From the NCBI GenBank assembly GCA_029265355.1, contig JAJUJL010000005.1:18208-82207 (forward strand): a stretch of DNA of 64,000 nucleotides, in the 5' to 3' direction. A model generated the notes under the pieces. That model saw nothing but the letters and a program-made list of their open reading frames with translations. It was not told the origin of the DNA and did not search any database. Origin of the DNA: Chloroflexota bacterium (GTDB taxonomy: Bacteria; Chloroflexota; Anaerolineae; Anaerolineales; UBA4823). Made by a program: the position numbers and the translations under genes. Each line of letters starts with the position of its first letter. The first letter of the stretch is position 1. Below are positions 55,544-64,000 of this stretch, in pieces.

Positions 55544-57798
55544 CTGCCGCTCTCCTGGGTGGCTGGTTGAATCCTTTCCGGGCCAGCATCTGCCGCTTCT
55601 GGAGACTCTTTTGACACTTCACCCTTCGCCTTGCGCGGCTCCGCAATGGGGCGGGTGGCTTCGCTCATTGAGCGAGGCTCACTCCCAGAAAGGAGGCCGC
55701 GAGGAAGTGTATCCACTTCCAATTGGGCTTTCTTCTCCAGGCGAGGATATTCGATGCGCGGGTGATAGATGCCGCGCAAGGTTGCTGTGAATGAATCCTG
55801 GATTTTTTCCAGATCCCGCAAGGTAAGGTCTGTATCATCGAGCTCGCCGGAAGACATGCGTTGCTCGATCACGCTCTTGATCAAGGCGCGCACTTCTTCC
55901 TCATTGCGTGGGCGCTCGGCGCGCACGCGCGCCTCGCAGCCATCTGCCAGCATCAGGATAGCCGTTTCGCGCGATTGGGGACGGGGACCGGGGTAACGAA
56001 ACTGTTCCACATCCACCCGGCTCTCGTCGCCGCCGGCAGCCTCGACTGCTTTGACATACTGGTAACGAGTGATCATGGTGCCATGATGCTCGAGGATGAA
56101 ATCGCGAATGCGCTGAGGCAGGCGGTACTTTGTAGCCAGGGCGACTCCCTCGGTGACATGGCGGATGATAATTGCTGCGCTGGTCAGCGGATCCAGGCTG
56201 TCATGCGGATTGGGTGATCCGGGCAGTTGATTTTCGATAAAGAATTGCGGATTGCTCAGCTTTCCAGCGTCATGATAGACTGCGCCGACGCGCGTCAGGA
56301 GCGTGTCCGCTCCAATGCGCTCGGCAGCCTGCTCCGCCAGGTTAGCTACCTGCAGGCTATGTTGGTAGGTGCCGGGAATATTGCGCAGCATCTCTTGCAG
56401 CAATGGATGATCGGCGCGCGAGAGTTCCATCAATTGCAAGGCAGTCGTCATTCCCATAAACTGCGCCAGGAAGAATTGCAGGAGCACCCCCATAGCTGCC
56501 GAAGCAATGCCGTTTAGGAAGGAAGCTCCGCTCAAGGTTGCCAGCGTGGTCCAATCGGTCGAAGCATCGGGCAGGCGGTAAATAATCGTCACCAGTGCAC
56601 CGGAGGCAGTAATCGCCGCTCCCGCCATGAAGAATGCCGTCACCCGACGAGCGCGGCCCAGGCTCATCACGCCGAAATAGCTGGTCAGAATATAGAAACT
56701 GGTCAATTCCAGTGCATTGGGCAATTGAAAAGCCACCAGAATCGAAAGGGGCAGCGAGGAAATCAGCGCCGGTTGTGTACCAAACAACACCGCTACGGTC
56801 ATCCCATAGGCGGCCAGGGGAAATATGTAGGCCAGGGATGGGCTGCCATAAGCCACCAGGCGACCGATCATCAGGAAAGCCAAAAACAAGACGGTCACCA
56901 GGGTGAGGCCGCGCAAATCCCGATTCAAAGCCCGGCTGCGCCTGATGTAAAGGATCAAAAAAGTTAAAGAAAGGATCAGCAAGCCCAACACGCTGACCAG
57001 GTCTTTCCAATCCAACACGGGCTGTGAAAGGCCCATCTCCCGCAACGCCTCAACATCCAGCTCTGAAACGATCGCCCCTCTTTGCACCACGGTTTCGCCG
57101 GATTTGAACGTGCGCATGACGGGGGCAACCGCGCTGGCTGCTTCCTGGCGTGCAGCTTCGGTCAGGCTTTCGCTGTAGAAACTATTGGGAGCTACAAAAG
57201 CAGCCGTCAGTTCCGCAACGATTTGAGATTGCTCTTCGGTCAACGATAAGCTGACCAAGGAGGGAATGCTGCGACGCACATCTTCCAGGCGATCATCCCG
57301 AATGACACCGCGCATCACCTGTTCCAAGACGCTGATCGCTTCTTGCTGTACTGCCTGCCAACGCGACTCGCTCAAAGCCAGGATGCGATTGGCCGTGTCC
57401 TGTTGGAGGTGAATTTCATCCAGGGCAGCCAGGTCATTGAGCTTCTCTTCGGTGGAAGCGAAGGCATCCGCTCGCACGCTGGTGATAAAGGTCAGCGCTG
57501 TGCGCAACTGCTCCAATTGGCGCCGGGCGATACTGGTATCGGGCAGCGTGTAGACGGGCTGCACGGCGCGGGCTGCGGCTTCGCGCTGCTGCTGGGTGCG
57601 CACCTCGCTGGTAAAAGTGATGTCGGCTGGCGCAAGGATATCTTGATACGCAACCTGTCCAGCTTGCAATGAGGACGACGAAGCAGGGATGATCACCTGC
57701 AGGATCAAGGAAAGTAAAGTCACCCCCGAGTAAATCAATATCAATAACAAAAAAAACAGGGGCCGCCGGAGAGGCCGACGGAGTTTTGTTTCTGCCAT
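55540..57798 (-). CDS. pgpH: 7TM-HD membrane phosphohydrolase (PgpH/YqfF-like)
   Basis: Large extracytoplasmic N-terminal region, a 7-TM block, and a C-terminal HD domain (HSLQVA..., YHDAGK). Conserved position upstream of ybeY. Confidence 0.85.
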   Translation of the reverse strand: MAETKLRRPLRRPLFFLLLILIYSGVTLLSLILQVIIPASSSSLQAGQVAYQDILAPADITFTSEVRTQQQREAAARAVQPVYTLPDTSIARRQLEQLRTALTFITSVRADAFASTEEKLNDLAALDEIHLQQDTANRILALSESRWQAVQQEAISVLEQVMRGVIRDDRLEDVRRSIPSLVSLSLTEEQSQIVAELTAAFVAPNSFYSESLTEAARQEAASAVAPVMRTFKSGETVVQRGAIVSELDVEALREMGLSQPVLDWKDLVSVLGLLILSLTFLILYIRRSRALNRDLRGLTLVTVLFLAFLMIGRLVAYGSPSLAYIFPLAAYGMTVAVLFGTQPALISSLPLSILVAFQLPNALELTSFYILTSYFGVMSLGRARRVTAFFMAGAAITASGALVTIIYRLPDASTDWTTLATLSGASFLNGIASAAMGVLLQFFLAQFMGMTTALQLMELSRADHPLLQEMLRNIPGTYQHSLQVANLAEQAAERIGADTLLTRVGAVYHDAGKLSNPQFFIENQLPGSPNPHDSLDPLTSAAIIIRHVTEGVALATKYRLPQRIRDFILEHHGTMITRYQYVKAVEAAGGDESRVDVEQFRYPGPRPQSRETAILMLADGCEARVRAERPRNEEEVRALIKSVIEQRMSSGELDDTDLTLRDLEKIQDSFTATLRGIYHPRIEYPRLEKKAQLEVDTLPRGLLSGSEPRSMSEATRPIAEPRKAKGEVSKESPEAADAGPERIQPATQESGR

Positions 57799-57848
57799 GT
57801 TTACTCAACCAAACGGAAAAGTCAATTCACACAAACCAGTAAAATTAC

Positions 57849-58295
57849 TCATCCCCCCAGCAAACGGCGCACTACCTGGCTGGCTTCATTGCCGGTGGCT
57901 CGCCCTTGCAGGCGCGGCATGAGAATTTTCATCACAGCGCCCATCTGAGCAGGGCCGCTTGCGCCTGCCTCCAGGATTGCCTGGCGGGCCAGGCTCTCCA
58001 GCTCCTGTGGGCTAAACGCTTGCGGCAGGTAAGACTGCAGCAATTGCGCCTCCGCTTGTAAATCCGCAATCAAATCCTGGCGCCCGGCGCGCTGTGCATC
58101 GGCGATTGATTCGCTGCGCGACTTAATCTCTTTTTGCAGCAGGCTGACCAATCCAGTCTCATCCAGGGGCTGGCCTCTCTCGACCTCGGCCAGCCGGATG
58201 TTGGTCAGCGCCATGCGCAGGGTGCGCTTAACAAGCTCATCTTTGTTGCGCATAGCGGTTTTCAAGTCATTTTCCAGCCGGGTCTTCAGTTCCAT
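57849..58295 (-). CDS. GatB/YqeY-domain protein
   Basis: 148-aa ORF with an N-terminus (LKTAMRNKDELVKRTLRM) typical of YqeY. Confidence 0.85.
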   Translation of the reverse strand: MELKTRLENDLKTAMRNKDELVKRTLRMALTNIRLAEVERGQPLDETGLVSLLQKEIKSRSESIADAQRAGRQDLIADLQAEAQLLQSYLPQAFSPQELESLARQAILEAGASGPAQMGAVMKILMPRLQGRATGNEASQVVRRLLGG

Positions 58296-58318
58296 AGCTT
58301 CATTATACTGTTTTTTCG

Positions 58319-58341
58319 TTGGAAAAGGGATATTTTTCCAA
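58319..58341. promoter_or_regulatory. Palindrome in the yqeY / cytochrome b divergent intergenic region
   Basis: TTGGAAAA-N7-TTTTCCAA. No known operator consensus recognised. Confidence 0.25.
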
Positions 58342-58470
58342 GGGGTCGAGAATTCATCAGATTTTCACATCCTGCACACAACATCTTCAAACCCGTAATC
58401 TATACTGCCATCATCAGGCAGAACGTTCGAAATAACGCACAAATTACACGCTACTGAGTGGAGTTATGAG

Positions 58471-59886
58471 ATGAGTGAACAAGATCAGATTGTTGATACC
58501 CCGGCGCAAACATTCCTGGGGCGCATCTGGCAGGCCCTGGGTCCTACCGGGCTTCCCAGCGACGACCGCGGGCGCATGCGCATGGTGGTCGATAACCTGG
58601 TGCTGCACCTGCACCCAACCAAAGTCCCCACCCGCACTTTGAGCTGGACATATACCTGGGGGCTGGGCGGCCTGACCAGTTTACTGGCTGTCATACTGGT
58701 GCTGACAGGCATCTTTCTCCAAATGAACTACACCCCCAGCCCATCCCAGGCTTACCTGGATATTCTATCGCTGCGCACCAACACCTGGTTTGGCGATCTG
58801 CTGCGTAACCTGCATCATTGGTCGGCAAATTTGCTGGTGGTGACCGCTTTTCTGCACCTGCTGCGGGTATTCTTCACCGGCGGGCACCGCGCCCCGCGCG
58901 CTACCAACTGGATCGTGGGTGTGCTGATGCTGCTCTTGGTGTTGGCAGCCAATTTCACCGGCTATCTGCTGCCCTGGGATCAGCTCGCGTATTGGGCTAT
59001 CACGGTTGGCACCAGCATCATCAATTACGTTCCCATCGTGGGCGGTTTTCTGAACCGGCTGCTCTTGGGCGGGCCAGAGGTGGGAGCGCCGACGCTGCTG
59101 AACTTCTACTCGCTGCACATCAGCTTCATCCCGGTGACGATGGTGATGCTCATGTCGCTGCACTTCTGGCGAGTGCGCAAAGATGGGGGATTGACCGTGC
59201 CGCGCCGCGCCAAAGAAAGCGAGCCGCCCAAGATCGAACGCGTCACCACCATCCCGCACCTGGTGCGCCGAGAGCTGGTATTTGCTGTCGCCTGGATTGC
59301 CATACTACTGGCCTGGTCGATGCTGGTGCCAGCGCCGTTGGAAGGCATTGCCAATCCCGATCTGAGCCCCAATCCGGCCAAAGCGCCCTGGTACTTCCTC
59401 GGATTACAGGAGCTACTGCTGCACTTCCATCCCCTGGTTGCGGCGGTGATCATCCCGGGCCTGGCGCTGGGCGCTCTATTGCTGCTGCCTTTCTACGATA
59501 TCCAGATCAGCAGCGTGGGTGTTTACTTCCGCTCTCTACGCGGCCGTTTTTTGAGCCTGCTGGCATTGGGAACGGCGCTGTTGATCACCCCCGCCTGGGT
59601 GCTGCTGGATGAATACCTGCTGGACTGGAGCGCCTGGCTGGCAAGCTGGCCCAGCCTGATCTCCAACGGGCTGGTGCCGCTGGCAGTAGTTGTGTTGGGG
59701 CTGGTTGCCCTGGATGAGCTGGTGAAGCGCGGGCTGCGCGCCACCCAGGAAGAGCGCATCCTGTTCATTTTCGTCTTCCTGGTAACAGCCCTGGTCGTTC
59801 TGACCGCCATTGGCATCTTCTTTAGAGGCCCCGGGATGAGCCTGTACTGGCCCTGGGACATCCCGACAACGCATCTCTCACTCTGA
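58471..59886 (+). CDS. Cytochrome b (bc/b6-type, extended C-terminus)
   Basis: RNLH-x13-H on one helix and H-x14-H on a later helix (counted in the translation). 471 aa with additional C-terminal TM helices. Confidence 0.85.
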   Translation: MSEQDQIVDTPAQTFLGRIWQALGPTGLPSDDRGRMRMVVDNLVLHLHPTKVPTRTLSWTYTWGLGGLTSLLAVILVLTGIFLQMNYTPSPSQAYLDILSLRTNTWFGDLLRNLHHWSANLLVVTAFLHLLRVFFTGGHRAPRATNWIVGVLMLLLVLAANFTGYLLPWDQLAYWAITVGTSIINYVPIVGGFLNRLLLGGPEVGAPTLLNFYSLHISFIPVTMVMLMSLHFWRVRKDGGLTVPRRAKESEPPKIERVTTIPHLVRRELVFAVAWIAILLAWSMLVPAPLEGIANPDLSPNPAKAPWYFLGLQELLLHFHPLVAAVIIPGLALGALLLLPFYDIQISSVGVYFRSLRGRFLSLLALGTALLITPAWVLLDEYLLDWSAWLASWPSLISNGLVPLAVVVLGLVALDELVKRGLRATQEERILFIFVFLVTALVVLTAIGIFFRGPGMSLYWPWDIPTTHLSL

Positions 59887-59973
59887 ACCCCCAGTCGGGC
59901 AGTCGATATTTCAATTCATTCAGGATGACACCGCTACGTTTAGATTGACACATCACTCAATGAAGAGGCGATT

Positions 59974-60489
59974 ATGCAAACAACGAGTCTGCACACAACA
60001 ATCCAGACAGAAACCGGCAAACCGGTCTCCCGCCGGGACGCGCTCAAAACCATCTGGGCAGCCCTGGGCGGTATGGTTGCACTGGAATTCACCGGCCTCG
60101 CCCTGGCATATATGCAGCCACGCCTGGCGCAGGGAGAGTTCGGCAGCGTGATGAGCGTGGGCGCAGTAGAAAACTTCCCCAACAACTCGGTCACGCACAT
60201 CCCGAATGGGCGCTTTTACCTGGTGCGCCTGGCAGATGGCGGCTTCCTGGCTGTCTACCAGCGCTGCACCCACCTGGGCTGCAGCGTGCCCTGGGATCAA
60301 TCTCAAGGCATGTTCGTCTGCCCATGCCACAACTCGCAGTTTTCTCCAGATGGGCAGGTGCTCAACCCGCCCGCTCCCCGGCCCCTGGATTTGTTCCCCA
60401 TCACGATCACCGATGGCATGATTGAAGTCGATACAGGCGTTTCGATCACCCGCGAAACTGCGCATCTGGCTCAGGTGGTGTACCCATGA
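59974..60489 (+). CDS. Rieske [2Fe-2S] protein
   Basis: CTHLGC and CPCHNSQF boxes. The twin-arginine-like N-terminus (SRRDALKTIW) is followed by a hydrophobic helix. Confidence 0.9.
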   Translation: MQTTSLHTTIQTETGKPVSRRDALKTIWAALGGMVALEFTGLALAYMQPRLAQGEFGSVMSVGAVENFPNNSVTHIPNGRFYLVRLADGGFLAVYQRCTHLGCSVPWDQSQGMFVCPCHNSQFSPDGQVLNPPAPRPLDLFPITITDGMIEVDTGVSITRETAHLAQVVYP

Positions 60490-61988
60490 AAATCTCAAGC
60501 AGAGCAGTTGAATTTTCGATCGGCATTTTTGCAACCCTGATGATCGCCACTGGCATCCTGCTGTACGTCTTTCAGGAACCGGGACGCATCGCTGCCGCGC
60601 AGGAAGCGCAGATGCGCACAGACCTGGACGAAGCCATGACGCTATACGCCGAAAACTGCGCTGTGTGTCACGGTATCCAGGGAGAAGGCATTGGCGCTAC
60701 CCCCGCTTTGAATTCGGAAGCGCTGGCGCAATCCGATTACACCAGCCTGGAAAAGATTATCGCCCGCGGCCTGTACGGCACCGCCATGCCCGCCTGGAGC
60801 AAAGAGGACGGCGGACCTTTGAGCGACTACCAGATCAGCCAAATGGTGACGCTGATTCAGTACGGTGACTGGCAACAGGTGCAGGATCGCATCGTCAACC
60901 TGGGATTGGCGCCGCGCATCCCCTTTGCCGCCGAAATCGATCCGCAAACGCTGGAAGATGTCGCAGCCTTGCCGGGAGGCGACATTCTGAGCCAGGGATT
61001 GCAGCTCTACGCCGCGGAATGCGTCGCCTGCCATGGCGCCGACGGCTCAGGTACCGCGCTGGCGCCTGCCATCAATGATCCCGTGCTGCGCGAGAAATCG
61101 GCTGACGAATTGGAGCGTATCCTGCGCAATGGCGTGGCGGGCACCTTGATGGCTTCCTGGGACAATGTCCTGACCGATGATGAGATCATCGCCCTGATTG
61201 AGCTGGTGCAGCGTTGGGACGAGGTGCCCGCTGGGGCAATTCCGGCGCCCGAACAGCCGGTTCCGGTCACCGCCGAGAGCCTGGCGTTGGGGAGCGAGCT
61301 GTACACCGCCAATTGCTCGCGCTGTCACGGACCGGAAGGGCAGGGCACGCCGCGCGCCCCGGCGTTGAACGTCAAATCTTTCCTGAGCGAAACCGTGGAT
61401 GCCGCCATTCAGCAGATCGTCGCCCTGGGTGTACCAGGCAGCGCCATGCCTGCCTGGGGCGACCGCCTGAGCGAGGCCGAGATCATGGCATTGGTTGGTT
61501 TCATCCGCTCATGGGAACCCAATGCGCCCGAGGTGGCAACGCCGGCGCGCGGCGGTGGGCCGTGGTGGCAGTCAAGCAGCAGCGCGGGCGGGCAAAGCAG
61601 CGCGGCTCAAGGGGCGGGACGCGGCGGCGGGCAGGGCGGGCCTCCCTGGTTGCGTTCAGGAAGCAACAACCAGGCGCCCAGCCTGCCGGGAGGCGGCATT
61701 CCATCCAGCGGCGCCTCAGGGCAGGGCAACAACGCGCCAGGCAGCGCGGCAGGTCAAACCGCCGCTCAAGGACAGGCAGCTCACCAGGCTGGCGGGCAGG
61801 CGGCTCAAACCGCCAGCGGGCACCAGGCGGGCGCAGGGGGCGGGCCTCCCTGGGCTGTCGCCGAGCAGCCCCTGCCCTGGTACCAGCAGTTGGACTGGAG
61901 GCAGGCAGCGCTGGTTGGCTCCACAGCAGGCTTATCGCTGGCGTTGATGGCGGTTGGCCTGGTGGGTTTGCGGCGGCTACCCCAATAA
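60486..61988 (+). CDS. Membrane-anchored tri-haem c-type cytochrome
   Basis: Three CxxCH motifs (CAVCH, CVACH, CSRCH), each followed by a (A/L)M(P/A)(A/S)W Met-ligand block. N-terminal TM helix, a Gly/Gln/Ala-rich low-complexity segment and a C-terminal TM helix. ATGA overlap with the Rieske gene. Confidence 0.85.
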   Translation: MKISSRAVEFSIGIFATLMIATGILLYVFQEPGRIAAAQEAQMRTDLDEAMTLYAENCAVCHGIQGEGIGATPALNSEALAQSDYTSLEKIIARGLYGTAMPAWSKEDGGPLSDYQISQMVTLIQYGDWQQVQDRIVNLGLAPRIPFAAEIDPQTLEDVAALPGGDILSQGLQLYAAECVACHGADGSGTALAPAINDPVLREKSADELERILRNGVAGTLMASWDNVLTDDEIIALIELVQRWDEVPAGAIPAPEQPVPVTAESLALGSELYTANCSRCHGPEGQGTPRAPALNVKSFLSETVDAAIQQIVALGVPGSAMPAWGDRLSEAEIMALVGFIRSWEPNAPEVATPARGGGPWWQSSSSAGGQSSAAQGAGRGGGQGGPPWLRSGSNNQAPSLPGGGIPSSGASGQGNNAPGSAAGQTAAQGQAAHQAGGQAAQTASGHQAGAGGGPPWAVAEQPLPWYQQLDWRQAALVGSTAGLSLALMAVGLVGLRRLPQ

Positions 61989-61995
61989 GTACCTC

Positions 61996-62034
61996 GACTC
62001 AAAAGACAGGCTTATGACGCCTGTCTTTTGAGTC
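61996..62034. terminator. Bidirectional hairpin terminator between cytochrome c gene and etfA
   Basis: 16-bp perfect stem GACTCAAAAGACAGGC / GCCTGTCTTTTGAGTC with a 7-nt loop. Confidence 0.8.
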
Positions 62035-62059
62035 AAGAGGGGGCAGTGCCCCCCGGCTG

Positions 62060-63100
62060 CTATTTACCCAATCGCTTGCGCAGCGCTTCGGTCAGGGCGG
62101 GCAGGATCTCGTACAGATCACCCACCACTCCGAAGCGCGCCATCTTGAAGATCGGCGCTTCCGGATCTTTGTTGATCGCCACGATCACCTTGCTGGTGCG
62201 CATACCGGCCTGGTGTTGAATGGCCCCGGAGATACCCGCAGCGATGTACAGGTCGGGCGAGACCACTTTGCCCGTCTGCCCCACCTGGTGCTCATAGGGG
62301 ATGTAGCCAGCGTCCACCGCGGCGCGGCTGGCGCCCACCGCTCCCCCCAACACCGAGGCCAGATCACCAACCAATCTGAAGCCTTGCTGAGCGCGCCAGA
62401 TCTCGGCTTGCTTTTCGTCCAAACCGGCCGGCGGCGAGAGCTTCGGGTTGTTGGACACGCCGCGTCCGCCGGAAACGATCACCGCGGCATCGTTCAGGCT
62501 GACGCCGCCCGCCGAACCGGTGTAACCGGTGACACGGGTGGTGATGTCTGCTTCGGAAACTGCGGGAGCGACCGCGCGTGGGCTGCCGCTCCGGGAGGCA
62601 TCGGCCGTCGGTTTGGCAAAGGCGCGAATACGGGTGGTGATCATCACCGGTTTGGCGCTGCAAACGGTTTTGGCAATCAACTTGCCGGCGTACACCGGGC
62701 GAGTAGCTACAATTTGCCCGCCTTCCACTTCCAGGGCAGTCACGTCTGGCATGACGCCGGTGTCCAGGTCCACCGCCGCCATGGCAGCGACCTCGCGACC
62801 GGCGGTGGTGGTGGGGAAAAGCACGGCTTCTGCGCCGCGGGCTAAAGAGGACACCAGGCTGGCATACGGTTCTGCGCGGTAGTCTGCCAGAGTGGCATCG
62901 TCACAGTACAGTGCTTCATCTGCGCCGTAGTGGAGAGCTTCTGCAGCGACTTGCTGCGAGCCGCTGCCCAGCGCCAGGGCAGTCACGCCGCCGCCCAATT
63001 TTCCTGCCAGCATCAAGCCAGCGCCGAGCGCCTCCCAGGAAGCCTGGTTAGCCTTGCCATTTTTCTGATCGATGAAAACCAGGATTTTGTTGCTCATCAC
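62060..63100 (-). CDS. etfA: Electron transfer flavoprotein alpha subunit
   Basis: C-terminal FAD-binding block PDLYIAAGISGAIQHQAGM. 4-nt overlap with etfB. Confidence 0.92.
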   Translation of the reverse strand: MMSNKILVFIDQKNGKANQASWEALGAGLMLAGKLGGGVTALALGSGSQQVAAEALHYGADEALYCDDATLADYRAEPYASLVSSLARGAEAVLFPTTTAGREVAAMAAVDLDTGVMPDVTALEVEGGQIVATRPVYAGKLIAKTVCSAKPVMITTRIRAFAKPTADASRSGSPRAVAPAVSEADITTRVTGYTGSAGGVSLNDAAVIVSGGRGVSNNPKLSPPAGLDEKQAEIWRAQQGFRLVGDLASVLGGAVGASRAAVDAGYIPYEHQVGQTGKVVSPDLYIAAGISGAIQHQAGMRTSKVIVAINKDPEAPIFKMARFGVVGDLYEILPALTEALRKRLGK

Positions 63101-63876
63101 AGCACCTTCTCCGCCAGCAGTTTATCTGCAAGTTGCTCCGCAATTTCCTGTGCACTACTGCCAGCGATGATCTCGGTCTTAATTTCGCGGGCAGGCGGGT
63201 TTTCCACCTTGGGCCAGCTTACCACGGATACCGGGGCAGCCAATCCCAGGTCGCCAAGCCCCCAGGTGGGAATGTTGGCACGCGAGGCTTTGCGAATGCC
63301 CATGAAAGACGGATAGCGCGGCTCGCCGAAATCTTTGACCACGCTGATGACGGCTGGCAGCTTGCCCTGCACCACCTGGCGTCCATCTTCGACAGAACGC
63401 TCCACCTGGATGGTGCGGCTGCTGCTGTCCAATTGCGAGATCCTGGAAACCAGGGTCAGAGCGGGCCAGCCCAGGATGCGCGCCGTCTGCGCCGCAGTCA
63501 CGCCCATATCGCCATCGATCGCCTGTCGCCCAAAGGTGACCAGGTCAACATCGCCGATCTTGCGGATGGCAGCCGCCAGGGCTTTCGCCACGGCCTGGCT
63601 ATCTGCGCCTGCCAGCGCTGGGTCAGAGATGAGCACGGCCTCAGAGCAGCCCATCGCCAGGGCATGTTTGAGGGCCTCCTTGGCGCTTTCTCCACCCAGG
63701 CTGACTGCGATGACATCGCCGCCGTGCGCTTCTTTTTGCACCAGGGCGGCCTCCACCGCATATTCATCCCAGGGGTTGATCACCAGCGGCGCTTCACCCC
63801 AACTGACTTGCCCGTTTTCCACCGTCATTTTCGCGGCGGAGTCGGGTACCTGTTTGACACACACAACGATTTTCAA
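63097..63876 (-). CDS. etfB: Electron transfer flavoprotein beta subunit
   Basis: N-terminus MKIVVCVKQVPD is typical of EtfB. Confidence 0.92.
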   Translation of the reverse strand: MKIVVCVKQVPDSAAKMTVENGQVSWGEAPLVINPWDEYAVEAALVQKEAHGGDVIAVSLGGESAKEALKHALAMGCSEAVLISDPALAGADSQAVAKALAAAIRKIGDVDLVTFGRQAIDGDMGVTAAQTARILGWPALTLVSRISQLDSSSRTIQVERSVEDGRQVVQGKLPAVISVVKDFGEPRYPSFMGIRKASRANIPTWGLGDLGLAAPVSVVSWPKVENPPAREIKTEIIAGSSAQEIAEQLADKLLAEKVL

Positions 63877-64000
63877 AGCAGCCTCCTTTTATTGGGTAAT
63901 TGTGTCTGGTGGTTATCATGCGATTGAAAGCTCATTGCCAGGTAGCCGCATCGTAGGGGGGCAATTCACAGCGCAGCGGCGCGTCGCGGCGGTACTCCAG

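Noticed and set aside
61548-61893. GC-rich repetitive DNA (GGCGGGC/CAGGC-type repeats) considered as a tandem repeat or array
   Set aside because: It is in frame within the tri-haem cytochrome c gene and encodes a Gly/Gln/Ala-rich low-complexity linker. It has no regular repeat-spacer periodicity.

Overview
GC-rich bacterial chromosomal segment, densely coding on both strands: about 51 protein genes. I saw no rRNA, tRNA, CRISPR array, transposase or integrase. Most of it is ordinary core genome. It holds an HrcA/CIRCE heat-shock regulon (hrcA-grpE-dnaK-dnaJ-prmA, groES-groEL, plus clpB), pheS-pheT behind a T-box leader, and a SAM-I riboswitch operon (small unknown ORF, metH, yitJ-like Hcy-methyltransferase/MTHFR fusion). 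It also holds acs, rnj, trmD, a pgpH-ybeY-dgkA block, etfBA, a cytochrome b / Rieske / tri-haem cytochrome c operon, and a metal-regulated feo operon. Lineage is a guess from gene content only: Pro/Thr-rich linkers after membrane anchors, F420-type enzymes, and Firmicute-style CIRCE, T-box and S-box RNAs in a high-GC genome suggest a Chloroflexota (Anaerolineae-like) organism. I found no convincing novel multi-gene system such as a defence island. Four loci deserve a second look. (1) An uncharacterised ~150-aa ORF sits between the SAM riboswitch and metH and is translationally coupled to metH. (2) The feo operon has FeoB split into two genes and a membrane-anchored DtxR paralogue with an extra FeoA domain where feoA would normally be. 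(3) A response-regulator diguanylate cyclase is translationally coupled to a LOG-family gene. (4) An orphan SARP/NB-ARC/TPR STAND-type regulator stands alone. Several structured intergenic regions and palindromic repeat elements are also listed. All functional calls come from motif recognition by eye; no database search was possible.
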